This document shows, one piece after another, positions 28,030 to 38,070 of a stretch of 64,000 nucleotides of DNA (positions are counted from its first letter, which is position 1; the number at the start of each line of letters is the position of its first letter). The notes beneath the pieces were generated by a model. It had not been told where the DNA came from and did no database searches. It was given only the letters and a program-made list of their open reading frames with translations. This stretch comes from Promethearchaeota archaeon. Its GTDB lineage: Archaea; Asgardarchaeota; Lokiarchaeia; Sigyniarchaeales; SOKP01. The stretch spans positions 864,001 to 928,000 of the forward strand of contig JAHPZA010000006.1 of assembly GCA_019058445.1 (NCBI GenBank), given 5' to 3'. Made by a program: the position numbers and the translations under genes.

Positions 28030-29097
28030 TTATTTCCATTCATGACCACAATTTCCACAGATGTATTTCAAACCATAAACTTTGGGATTCACCATAATAA
28101 TATTTTCTTTATCTATTACCTCTCGTATTAAATTGCGATTGCTATTTCCACAATTTGGGCACTTACGTCTAATTGTTTGCTTGATTTCTTGGATGACTCT
28201 CTTCATTTTAGAGGGGCGAGGTTCGATAACATTCTTTGGAGACTGCTTGGTATCTAAAGGTTCCGTTGGTTTTTCAATCATTTTTGCTTGGAAATCAGCA
28301 CTTTTTAAATGTTTGAAAATTAGAGTAGAGATTAATTGATCTATTGATTGACCCTCTCCAACCTGATGTGCTAATGAATTTTCAATTCCTTTCCATGCGA
28401 GAATATCATCATAATCTAAATAATGGACTTCGCCTAATTGGAGTTTTGGATAATTAGCCTTAAGTCCTGTTAAGATAAAATGAGAATAATCATTGATGAG
28501 ATAGATTGGATTGGATTGGATTTCTTTTATAATTTCCATTCTAAATACGCCACTATGTTGATTTACCCATTTTTTGACATCTGCCAAATTTTTTAATAAT
28601 TCCTCACTATTTTTTAGTTCTGCTACTTTTTGCTTGTTTTCAATTAATCCATAAACTAAAAAAGGAGCATTTCCATTAGTTTTTTCAATAAATACATCCA
28701 TCATGTCTGCAAGTTTATTAAAATTCTCATAAATTTCCTCATCTATCAGTATAAAAAATATACCAGCAGTAGCTCCAATAAATAATGCCTTATTTATTAT
28801 AATCTGAGGCGACTCGCTCATTTTATCTAATTCTTTCCAAGCAAATGAAGTTTTCCACTTGATTATATCGAAATTATGTTCCCTATAGACTAATGAAAAA
28901 TTCCACACATAGCTCTCTTGTGGAAGGTGATAAATAATTCCTTCGGGAAATAATGCGTTTTGATTTTGCTGATTCTCCTTTTCAGTAGATAACTCATCTG
29001 AGGTATAATATTCAATATGTGCTAAATTTCTTAGATCATTAAGTATTATTCCTGGAGGTGAATCTCCTAAGACAATCTGATATTCAATGTATCGCAT
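28030..29097 (-). CDS. Degenerate small-GTPase-like domain plus C-terminal Zn ribbon
   Basis: IVLGDSPPG, FIGATAGIFFILID and NAPFLVYG trace the Ras/Rab strands; CPNCGN...YICGNCGHEW. Confidence 0.55.
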   Translation of the reverse strand: MRYIEYQIVLGDSPPGIILNDLRNLAHIEYYTSDELSTEKENQQNQNALFPEGIIYHLPQESYVWNFSLVYREHNFDIIKWKTSFAWKELDKMSESPQIIINKALFIGATAGIFFILIDEEIYENFNKLADMMDVFIEKTNGNAPFLVYGLIENKQKVAELKNSEELLKNLADVKKWVNQHSGVFRMEIIKEIQSNPIYLINDYSHFILTGLKANYPKLQLGEVHYLDYDDILAWKGIENSLAHQVGEGQSIDQLISTLIFKHLKSADFQAKMIEKPTEPLDTKQSPKNVIEPRPSKMKRVIQEIKQTIRRKCPNCGNSNRNLIREVIDKENIIMVNPKVYGLKYICGNCGHEWK

Positions 29098-29288
29098 ATT
29101 CTCTCATATTAATTGTATTTAAAATAGTTTAAAAAAATAACACAATTATATTAATATCTTTCTAAACCCTCAATTATTTGTATAATAAATCAATACTCGA
29201 AAATATAATTTTTTAATGAAGTCATAAGAAATAAAAGAAAAATTAAAAATAAAAAAAAGTATTTTTAAAAAATTTGTTTTAGATTGAT

Positions 29289-30719
29289 TTAAATACCAAG
29301 TTCTAATAATTTCCTCTTATTTTCAATTGCTTTTTCTTTGTCTATTTGATACATACCATAGAATATAGCGATACCTATCACCGCAATGATAAAAGGGATT
29401 ATGGACATAACAAATTTTAACCCAAAAACAGCAGTAGAAGTCTGGTTAGGACCTTTTGCTGGGATATAGCCAAAGTATCCCCATACAATTGCGAAAATAA
29501 GTGTTTGGAAAAAATAGATAAATGCCGAAAAGACTCGTAAAATTCCAATGTAAGTTCCCTCTTCTCTTTTACCTGTTTTAGCAGCAGCGTTATCAATACC
29601 CTCGGCTTGAACTACATTAAAGATTATTCCCCAGCAAGCACTATAGCTTATACCGATAAGACCAAATACAATAGCAGCACTCAAATAGTCAGTTACAAAA
29701 AAGAATGCTAGGTAGACGAATGCAGCTGAGGCAAGAGCGAGGATATACGACTTTTTTATGCCAATTTTTCTCGGTAATTTAACCCATAAAGGCACTGAGA
29801 TAAAAGCAAATGCAAGAGCTAATAAATTTGGTAGGACCATCACTTCTATGCCTAAACCTAACCCATGTAGTATGAAAAAGCCCATTCCTGCAGAGAAACA
29901 TAAAGCTGCGATTCCCCATAAAAGAAATGTGATTATTATCGCCATCCAATTTCGATCTTTTAAGACTCGTTTAACAATTTTAACTATTGGCTCATGTTCT
30001 TTTTTCTCTTGATCTAATTTTACCCTCAGTTCTATCATTTCAGGCGTTTCACGTACTCCTCTACTATAAGGATATATTAATAGATAACAAATTATGGTAA
30101 TGAAAATTGCAACTCCTAAAAATGCGGCAGGATTAGTTACTCCACCTAAACTCGCAATAATGAGGGGTATACTAATGGCACCCATGATTTGGGCTATGAC
30201 AGTTACGAGCATTGTAATTCCGCTAACACTCGCTCGTTGATCATCATATCGGAATAAATCAGGAAAAAGGGATTGGTGACTAATTTCTCGCAAAGTGGCA
30301 AAAGTTTCATACATACACATCATAATAGTAATCCATATGGCCGCTATAAGTACTGAGGTCGAGATCGGAATAAAAACAAAAAGTAACGGGATCGGTCCAA
30401 GAATAGCTCCTATTATAATCCACGGATATCGCTTTCCGTATTTTTTTGTAAATCTTGTGGATCGATCTGTAAGATATCCGAGTATGGGATCATTGAATCC
30501 GTCTACAATGGAATAAGTAAGGTACATTAACGGTATCCATAATATTGGTATCAAAAGTACCGCAACGGAGAAGAACTGAATCTGGCCCCACAGACCAAAC
30601 ATTAAAATGCCGAAGAAACTACTTAATGAGAAAAATATTTCTGTCTTTTTATCGGGTCTTCTAAAGGCGCTTTCAATATCTGCGTCAATCGTTGATTCTG
30701 TCATGATTTTAACTTCCAT
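29289..30719 (-). CDS. MFS transporter, GPH (MelB-like) family
   Basis: DGFNDPILGYLTDRS...GKRYPW; REEGTY.G; 12 TM. Confidence 0.9.
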   Translation of the reverse strand: MEVKIMTESTIDADIESAFRRPDKKTEIFFSLSSFFGILMFGLWGQIQFFSVAVLLIPILWIPLMYLTYSIVDGFNDPILGYLTDRSTRFTKKYGKRYPWIIIGAILGPIPLLFVFIPISTSVLIAAIWITIMMCMYETFATLREISHQSLFPDLFRYDDQRASVSGITMLVTVIAQIMGAISIPLIIASLGGVTNPAAFLGVAIFITIICYLLIYPYSRGVRETPEMIELRVKLDQEKKEHEPIVKIVKRVLKDRNWMAIIITFLLWGIAALCFSAGMGFFILHGLGLGIEVMVLPNLLALAFAFISVPLWVKLPRKIGIKKSYILALASAAFVYLAFFFVTDYLSAAIVFGLIGISYSACWGIIFNVVQAEGIDNAAAKTGKREEGTYIGILRVFSAFIYFFQTLIFAIVWGYFGYIPAKGPNQTSTAVFGLKFVMSIIPFIIAVIGIAIFYGMYQIDKEKAIENKRKLLELGI

Positions 30720-30872
30720 TAAGTTTTTTTAATAACACTATTTTTGATTTTGATTTTATACTATAATAAAGTTTTCCATGATTTTTTTATGTGATAGAAA
30801 ATAATTTGAAATACATTTAATTAAAAAAATTACACCTTATTTTAAAAAAAATTTTAAAGAGAAATAACTGAT

Positions 30873-32294
30873 ATGACAGCAATTTTTTCTGAAGATGATG
30901 AAAATATCCAAGGAATGTTTAAACGGCCTGACAAAAAGCAAGAGATAGGATTTGCACTTTCTTCATTTTACATTCTCTTGTTTGGTATGTGGGGTTCTCT
31001 TCAATTTTATGCGGTAACGATCCTTTTAATTCCGATATTCATAATTCCTATTATATATCTCATTTATTCCATAGTTGATGGTTTTAATGATCCTCTTATT
31101 GGGTATTTAACAGATCGATCCACAAGATTTACTGAGAAATATGGAAAAAGATACCCCTGGATCATAATAGGAAGTATTCTGGCCCCTATACCGCTCATTC
31201 TCGCTTTTATTCCGATTTTTAATTCAGTGATCTTAGCCGTAATTTGGTTAACTGTAATGATGTGTGTATTTGAAACCTTAGCAACCCTTAGAGAGATAAA
31301 TCAAGAAGCTCTCTTCCCAGATTTATTCCGATACGAAGATCAAAGGTCGACTGTTTTAGGATATGGAATGTTTTTTACCCTAGTAGCTCAGTTCATAGCG
31401 GCTATTACGATCCCATTGATTATTTATCTCTTAGGGGGAGCTACTGAGTCAATCGCGTTTATCGGTACGGCCATTTATATCATCATTTTAACATATATAG
31501 TGCTAGTACCTTATGCGCTCTGGGGTGTTAAAGAATCAGAGGAAATGAAACAAAGAAGAGTAAAATTAGATCAAGAGCTTAAAGGGCATGAACCTGTATT
31601 AAAAACAGTAAAGAGAGTTTTGAAAGATAGGAACTGGATGGGGCTTGTTATTTCATTCCTTATCTGGGGTACGGGAGGACTTTGTTTTATAGGAGGGATG
31701 AATTATTTTGTACTCCATTATCTCGGATTGGGAATAGAAGCAACTATTTTACCTGGTTTTATACTTATCACTAGTGCGGTGGTAACAATACCTTTCTGGG
31801 TTAAATTGGCAAGAAAAATTAGCGCTAAAAATTTGAATATTATAGGAATGAGTTTATCTGCCATTGGATTCTTTGTTTATTTTTTTGTTAATGATTACAC
31901 TGGGATTGTTATTATGAGTGCTTTCATGGGAATTGTATGGAGTGGTAACTGGGGAATTGTTGGTAGAATGGTGCAAGCACAAGCAATTGATAATGCTTCT
32001 GTTACAAATGGTAAACGTGAAGAAGCTACATATCAAGGAATCCTTCGTGTATTTTCGGCATTTACTTACTTCTTCCAAAGTTTGATTTTTGTAATTGTGT
32101 GGACACTAACTGGCTATAACCCTGAGAGAAGAGCTAATCAAACTGAGCTTGCAAGATTAGGATTGAAATTGAATATATCATTAATTCCAGCTTCCCTTGC
32201 ATTAGTGGCAATCATAATCTTTGTAATTATGTATACTATAAATAAAGAAAAGGCACTTCTAAACAAAAAGAAACTAGTTGAGATGGGACTGTAA
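30873..32294 (+). CDS. MFS transporter, GPH family (divergently transcribed paralogue)
   Basis: Same motifs, closely similar to 29289..30719. Confidence 0.9.
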   Translation: MTAIFSEDDENIQGMFKRPDKKQEIGFALSSFYILLFGMWGSLQFYAVTILLIPIFIIPIIYLIYSIVDGFNDPLIGYLTDRSTRFTEKYGKRYPWIIIGSILAPIPLILAFIPIFNSVILAVIWLTVMMCVFETLATLREINQEALFPDLFRYEDQRSTVLGYGMFFTLVAQFIAAITIPLIIYLLGGATESIAFIGTAIYIIILTYIVLVPYALWGVKESEEMKQRRVKLDQELKGHEPVLKTVKRVLKDRNWMGLVISFLIWGTGGLCFIGGMNYFVLHYLGLGIEATILPGFILITSAVVTIPFWVKLARKISAKNLNIIGMSLSAIGFFVYFFVNDYTGIVIMSAFMGIVWSGNWGIVGRMVQAQAIDNASVTNGKREEATYQGILRVFSAFTYFFQSLIFVIVWTLTGYNPERRANQTELARLGLKLNISLIPASLALVAIIIFVIMYTINKEKALLNKKKLVEMGL

Positions 32295-32369
32295 ATCATA
32301 CTTGACTATATCCTTTTTTTATAAAAATACATAAAAAATTTTTAAAAACAATTAAGAATTTGCCTAAGT

Positions 32370-33800
32370 ATGAAAATATTCCTAATTATATTTGACACAT
32401 TACGAAAAGACCATACAGGTAAGACTTATGGAAATAATTGGATAAAAACACCTCATTTTGATGCTTTTGCAAAAGATTCTATAGTATTTGATAAAGCATA
32501 TCCTGAATCATTGCCCACAATTCCTGTTCGGAGAGCGATACATACCGGAATACGAACTTTTCCCTTTAATCATAAAAGACCAGAGCTCAGAACAGATGAT
32601 ATTGTTAAAATTCCAGGATGGCATCCAATACCCCCTCAGCAGACTCATTTGGCGGAATATATGAAAAAACAAGGCTTTATCTCATCTTTTATAACAAGTA
32701 CTTATCACCAATTTAAACCTAATATGAATTTTCATATTGGATTCGATCAATGGAATTGGATAAGAGGCCATGAAGGTGATAAATTTAGGGTTATATTTCG
32801 GGAAGGAGGTAAAAAGCTCAAACAAATACTTAAGGAACACACAGTTAAGGATCTTGCAGGAAGAGCTTATCAAAGGAGTGTCTTGAAAACTCACTTTTCT
32901 AATGTTCAAGGAAGAAAAGAGGAAAATGACTATTTTCCTGGTCAAACTTTCAATAAAGCAGTAGAGTTTGTGAAGGATAGTTTAAAGTTCAAAAATGTGT
33001 TTTGTTGTGTAGATGAATTTGATCCGCATGAACCATGGGACCCACCTCAAAATTATCGTGATCTCTATACTGATAAAACCTATAATAGTAAAAAAATTGT
33101 CACTCCCGCTTATAGAAGAGATATCGACTATCTTACTGAAGAGGAATTGAAATATATGAGAGGTTGTTATGCGGGTGAAGTTTCTATGTGTGATAATTGG
33201 TTCGGCTTTTTTATCAATGAACTTAAAAGCATGGAATTGTATGAAGATTCATTAATTATTTTAATAAGTGATCACGGACACAGTATAGGAGAGCATAATG
33301 CTACTGGTAAAATTCCATTTAATATTTATCCTGAATTGGTTGATATTCCATTAATGATAAAACCCCCCGGTGGTCTTAACGGTCCAAAAAGAATTAAAAA
33401 ACCTTATGTATATGATCATGATCTTTTACCTACAATCTTTGGATTCTTAGATCAAGACAAACCTAATGTGTTTGAAGGTATAGATCTCTCTATCTTTACT
33501 GAACAAAATGATCAATTTATTGAAAACCGAGATTATATTACCTGTGGATTTCATGCCTTTACATTGTATAAAGATGATCATTATGCATTAATTACCTCTA
33601 ATAATAAACAATTTCAAAAGTTATTTGATTTATCAAAAGATCCCGATTGGAATGAAAATATTGCCGAGGATAATCCAGATATTTGCAATGAGCTTTTTCA
33701 AGTAATAGAGGAGGATGCAAAAGGGGAACTTCTTATGGAAGAGGAGTCGCAATTGTGGAAATCAACAGAATGGTACTCAGAAAAAAAAGCCAGCGATTAA
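32370..33800 (+). CDS. Sulfatase-like hydrolase (alkaline phosphatase superfamily)
   Basis: DTLRKDH, TPHFD, PTIPVRRAIHTG, DPHEPWDPP, SDHG. Confidence 0.9.
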   Translation: MKIFLIIFDTLRKDHTGKTYGNNWIKTPHFDAFAKDSIVFDKAYPESLPTIPVRRAIHTGIRTFPFNHKRPELRTDDIVKIPGWHPIPPQQTHLAEYMKKQGFISSFITSTYHQFKPNMNFHIGFDQWNWIRGHEGDKFRVIFREGGKKLKQILKEHTVKDLAGRAYQRSVLKTHFSNVQGRKEENDYFPGQTFNKAVEFVKDSLKFKNVFCCVDEFDPHEPWDPPQNYRDLYTDKTYNSKKIVTPAYRRDIDYLTEEELKYMRGCYAGEVSMCDNWFGFFINELKSMELYEDSLIILISDHGHSIGEHNATGKIPFNIYPELVDIPLMIKPPGGLNGPKRIKKPYVYDHDLLPTIFGFLDQDKPNVFEGIDLSIFTEQNDQFIENRDYITCGFHAFTLYKDDHYALITSNNKQFQKLFDLSKDPDWNENIAEDNPDICNELFQVIEEDAKGELLMEEESQLWKSTEWYSEKKASD

Positions 33801-33848
33801 TAATGTATACTAAAGATATTTATATTAATTAATTTCTTTATTTTTTTT

Positions 33849-34448
33849 ATGCCTAAACCTAAGTCTGAGGAGTGGTTTAATCAGATTAAAAAAAACATAC
33901 GAGACACTTTTCAGAATATCACAAGTGAAATTCTAGATATCTTTGAAGAACGTCCTTCTTATGTTCAAATGAGATTGCCGGTTGAGAAAATTACACAAGA
34001 GTTTGAGGATTCTTTAAAGAATAAAAATGAACATAATATAGTTCATGCGGAGATACGGGAAGCTTCAGGGGATGATATTGAGAAAATATTTAAGATATAT
34101 AATAAAGCATGGCAATCCACTTCAATGCCATTTCGACAAGTGGGTGAGGAGACTTTTTCAAAATTTCAAAAGCATTTTAAGACCGTTTTTTTGATAGCTA
34201 GTGTTGATAGTATTGATGGGGGGTTTATTCTGATCCATTTCGAGGGAAAGAAAAATGATATTGGGGTAATAAACGGATTAGGAGTCTTGCCTCAATTCCA
34301 AAATAAAGGTTTGGGTACTACGCTCGCAATGGCTGCTTGGAATTATTTCAAAGAGAGAGGGGTTAAGGAGCTAAGGTGCGAAGTTCATAGAGATAATAAA
34401 ATTCCATATGCGTTTATTAAAGGGCTAGGTTTCGAAGAAATGCTTTAA
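33849..34448 (+). CDS. GNAT acetyltransferase
   Basis: LGVLPQFQNKGLGT acetyl-CoA motif. Confidence 0.9.
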   Translation: MPKPKSEEWFNQIKKNIRDTFQNITSEILDIFEERPSYVQMRLPVEKITQEFEDSLKNKNEHNIVHAEIREASGDDIEKIFKIYNKAWQSTSMPFRQVGEETFSKFQKHFKTVFLIASVDSIDGGFILIHFEGKKNDIGVINGLGVLPQFQNKGLGTTLAMAAWNYFKERGVKELRCEVHRDNKIPYAFIKGLGFEEML

Positions 34449-34571
34449 AGGAACCGTCCTTGAGTTTATAAGAGGAGATTATAAATAATAAAAGAACGAA
34501 TCACAAATTAGAATTTAGTTTAAACTTATATTACCACGTCTTAATATATCTAATAAAATTACAAATACTAT

Positions 34572-35207
34572 TTGATATGTATGTCAGATGAACAATCCAA
34601 GAGTCGGTTTAGTCTAAAAAAGAATAGGGTGAGAAGTGCTTTTCAACATGTTATTGATGGAATTACAGGATTATTTTACAGTAGAATAGATTATATCCAA
34701 ATGAGGTTACCAGTTAATAAGATAACAAAGGAATTCGAGGATTCATTAAGAGAGAAAATTGAGCATAATGTAGTTCATGCCAAAATCCGCGAAGCAAGCG
34801 AAAAAGATATTGAGCATATAATGAAAGTATATGATCTTGCCTGGCATTCGAGTCCAATGCCAATTAGGGAGGTAGGCAAAGATACTTTCTTAAAAATTTA
34901 CAAAGAATCTACTTCGGTATTTTTAATCGCAAGTATCGATTCCACGGATGCTGGTTTCATTCTTCTTGATTACGAGGGAAGGAATAATGAAATTGGAATA
35001 ATTGGAGGTTTAGGTGTATTACCGAATTTCCAGCATAAAGGCCTTGGTACTATTTTAGCAATTGCAGCATGGGATCATTTTAAACAAAAAGGAGCTAAGG
35101 AGCTAAGATGTGAGGTCTATAAGGATAATATGATACCATATGCTTTCATAAAGAGCCTTGGCTTTGAAGAATTTTCCAGGAGTATTGATGGTCATTTAAT
35201 GAAGTAA
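34572..35207 (+). CDS. GNAT acetyltransferase (tandem paralogue)
   Basis: LGVLPNFQHKGLGT; likely start at ATG 34581. Confidence 0.9.
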   Translation: MICMSDEQSKSRFSLKKNRVRSAFQHVIDGITGLFYSRIDYIQMRLPVNKITKEFEDSLREKIEHNVVHAKIREASEKDIEHIMKVYDLAWHSSPMPIREVGKDTFLKIYKESTSVFLIASIDSTDAGFILLDYEGRNNEIGIIGGLGVLPNFQHKGLGTILAIAAWDHFKQKGAKELRCEVYKDNMIPYAFIKSLGFEEFSRSIDGHLMK

Positions 35208-35319
35208 ATTTTTCAATTATTCAACCTTTCTATGATATAGAGTCAGGGAACATTGTAAAAATTTTTAATCTCAGATAAATTTTAAAGAATAATATCAAAA
35301 ATTAGACTTTTTTTATAAA

Positions 35320-36576
35320 ATGTTAAAGGTAGGCATTATAGGGACTGGAGATATTGCGGATTTAAATATTCTCGGTTATATCCACTCTCAAGATACAGAG
35401 CTCGTTGCGGTCTCTGACATAAATGTTGATCGAACTAAAAAGAAATTGGCAATGTGGAACTTACAGTCTTTAAGAATTTATGAGGATTATAAACAAATGG
35501 TTGATCGGGAAGATCTAGATATCGTAGAAATTTTAACTCCGCATGATTTACACGCTCCTATGACTGAATATTGTGCTAAAGCAGGAGTACCAGGCATATC
35601 TGTTCAGAAACCTCTTTCCAATACGATTGCAGATTGTGATAAGATAATCCAAGCATGTAGTGAAGAAAATGTGAAATTGAAGTTATTTGAAAATTTCAGA
35701 TTTTATCCCGTCTATTTAAGAGCAAAAAAATTATTAGACCAAGGAATAATAGGAGAACAATTAAATTTTAGATTAAAGAATATTTTAACAGGGGGTCCAG
35801 GAGGGGTTGCATCTGATGATCTGAGGGGATGGTTATGGCGTATTGATATAGACAGATGTGGTGGAGGTCCTGAAGTGTACGATGATGGACAACATAAATT
35901 TTCATTAGCATTATGGTTAATGAATCAATCAAATGTTGAAAAAGTATATAGTTGGATAAATTATTTTACTGGAGTTATCGACAGCCCTGCTAATATTCTA
36001 TGGAAATATCCCTCTAAAAATCCCGATGATCCCCCTAAATATGGTTCAATGGAATTTACATGGGCTGCCAATCTTTATTATCCCTCTAATTATTATGGAA
36101 TTGACGAATTCATCGAAATATCAGGTACAAAAGGAATAATGTGGATAAATCAATGTACTTCTGGAGGGAATTATGTTTCGAAATCACCTCAGTATCCTCC
36201 AATTGTTGTCTATGTTGATGGAGAAGTTAAAACCTATGGGGAAGATTTACCACGAGATTGGCGATATTCTTTTATAAATTCTACAGAACATTTCATTGAA
36301 GTTATGAAAACTGGACGAGGGGAACCAATCTATACAGGAGAACAGGGAAAGGCACTCTGTATTTTTGCTAAAATGCCATATATTTCAGATCAACGGGGAG
36401 AAATTGTTTATTGGGAAGAAATGACAGCAAAAAATGAAGAAAAAGGGTTTTGTGCTGTAGAAAAATCTGAAGATGCAGATCCTAGTGGATTACATAGATT
36501 TACTAGAAGAAAAAGTAGAGATTTAAAAAATGGAATAAAGCAAGGATTAAAATGTATCGATTTTGAATACAAGTAA
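35320..36576 (+). CDS. Gfo/Idh/MocA oxidoreductase
   Basis: KVGIIGTG, ILTPHDLH, VQKP, GGG..YDDGQH. Confidence 0.9.
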   Translation: MLKVGIIGTGDIADLNILGYIHSQDTELVAVSDINVDRTKKKLAMWNLQSLRIYEDYKQMVDREDLDIVEILTPHDLHAPMTEYCAKAGVPGISVQKPLSNTIADCDKIIQACSEENVKLKLFENFRFYPVYLRAKKLLDQGIIGEQLNFRLKNILTGGPGGVASDDLRGWLWRIDIDRCGGGPEVYDDGQHKFSLALWLMNQSNVEKVYSWINYFTGVIDSPANILWKYPSKNPDDPPKYGSMEFTWAANLYYPSNYYGIDEFIEISGTKGIMWINQCTSGGNYVSKSPQYPPIVVYVDGEVKTYGEDLPRDWRYSFINSTEHFIEVMKTGRGEPIYTGEQGKALCIFAKMPYISDQRGEIVYWEEMTAKNEEKGFCAVEKSEDADPSGLHRFTRRKSRDLKNGIKQGLKCIDFEYK

Positions 36577-36733
36577 GATATTAATATGAAATAAGCTCGA
36601 ATATGAGTTTAATCAGCGTTTAATTAAGTAATTTTCCTCTTTTACCTTCAAAAACATCATCAATCATATTTGTAAAACTTTTTAATACTAAGCATATTAA
36701 TACGATTAATTTAATCATTAATTTTATTTAATT

Positions 36734-37993
36734 ATGTTAAGAGTGGGGATAATTGGTTGTGGAGATATTGCAGATCTAAACATTTTAGGCTATATCCATT
36801 CATATGATACCGAAATAGTTGCTGTTTCTGACATTGATACAGAATGTGCTAAACAAAAATTAGCGAAATGGAATTTACGGTCATTAAAACTTTATAAGGA
36901 TTATAAGCAAATGATCGATAAAGAAGATCTTGATATTGTGGAAATTCTCACACCTCATGATTTACATGGCCCTATGACAGAATATTGTGCTAAAGCAGGT
37001 GTACCGGGTATATCTGTGCAAAAACCTATGGCACATTCTATTTCTGACTGTGATAGAATGATTGAAATTTGTAAAGATGAAAAAGTGAGATTGAAATTAT
37101 TTGAAAATTTCAGATTTTATCCGGTATATCTTAGAGCAAAAGAGCTATTGGATCAGGGGTTAATAGGAGAGCTTTTAAATTTTAGAATAGTTACTATAGG
37201 AACCGGAGGCCCGAGTTGGCCGCTTACATTAAGGGCAAATTTATGGCGAACTGAAGTAGATAGATGTGGCGGAGGTGCAATGATTTATGATGATGGACAG
37301 CATAAATTTTCCATGGCGCTTTGGTTAATGAATCAGGAAAGGGTTGAAAAAGTCTATTGTTGGGTTGATTATTTCATGGGCGTTATTGATCTACCTGCAA
37401 ATATTTTCTGGAAATATCCCAGCAAAAATAATGAAGACCTCCCAAAATATGGCTCGATGGAATTTTCTCTTGCATCTAATCTGTATTATCCTTCTAATTA
37501 CTATAATTGTGATGAATTTATCGAGATTTCGGGCACAAAAGGAATAATGTGGATAAATCAATGTACTTCTGGAGGGAATTTCGTTTCTAAATCACCCCAG
37601 TATCCTCCGATTGTTGTATACATTAATGGGGATGTTGAGACATACGGAGAGAAGTTGCCAAGAGATTGGAGATATTCTTTTATTAATTCCACATTGCATT
37701 TTATTGAAGTAGTTAAAACTAAAAAGGATGAGCCAATTTATACGGGCGAGCAAGGAAGAAATTTATGTGTTTTTGCTAAAATGCCTCAAATGTCGGATCA
37801 GCGCAGGGATACTGTATATTGGGATGAATTAACAGCTGAAAATGAAGAAAAAGGTTTATGTACTATTAAAAACCCCGAAGAAGCGGATGAGAGTGGAATA
37901 TCCAAGTTTTTTATACGAAATAATAAAGATTTTAGGAAAGGCAAAAAACAAGGATTAATCCATAAGAAGCTTGAATTTGAATATGACAAATAA
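36734..37993 (+). CDS. Gfo/Idh/MocA oxidoreductase (tandem paralogue)
   Basis: Closely similar to the preceding gene. Confidence 0.9.
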   Translation: MLRVGIIGCGDIADLNILGYIHSYDTEIVAVSDIDTECAKQKLAKWNLRSLKLYKDYKQMIDKEDLDIVEILTPHDLHGPMTEYCAKAGVPGISVQKPMAHSISDCDRMIEICKDEKVRLKLFENFRFYPVYLRAKELLDQGLIGELLNFRIVTIGTGGPSWPLTLRANLWRTEVDRCGGGAMIYDDGQHKFSMALWLMNQERVEKVYCWVDYFMGVIDLPANIFWKYPSKNNEDLPKYGSMEFSLASNLYYPSNYYNCDEFIEISGTKGIMWINQCTSGGNFVSKSPQYPPIVVYINGDVETYGEKLPRDWRYSFINSTLHFIEVVKTKKDEPIYTGEQGRNLCVFAKMPQMSDQRRDTVYWDELTAENEEKGLCTIKNPEEADESGISKFFIRNNKDFRKGKKQGLIHKKLEFEYDK

Positions 37994-38070
37994 TAATCAC
38001 ATATTTAAGTAGTTAGAAATAATGTTTATCTAAATTATTTATTAAAACAATAAAAACTTAGAGATGTTCT

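Noticed and set aside
35254-36690. TGTAAAA-TTTTTAAT motif upstream of both Gfo/Idh/MocA genes as a specific operator
   Set aside because: Explained by a BRE-TATA promoter copied with the duplication
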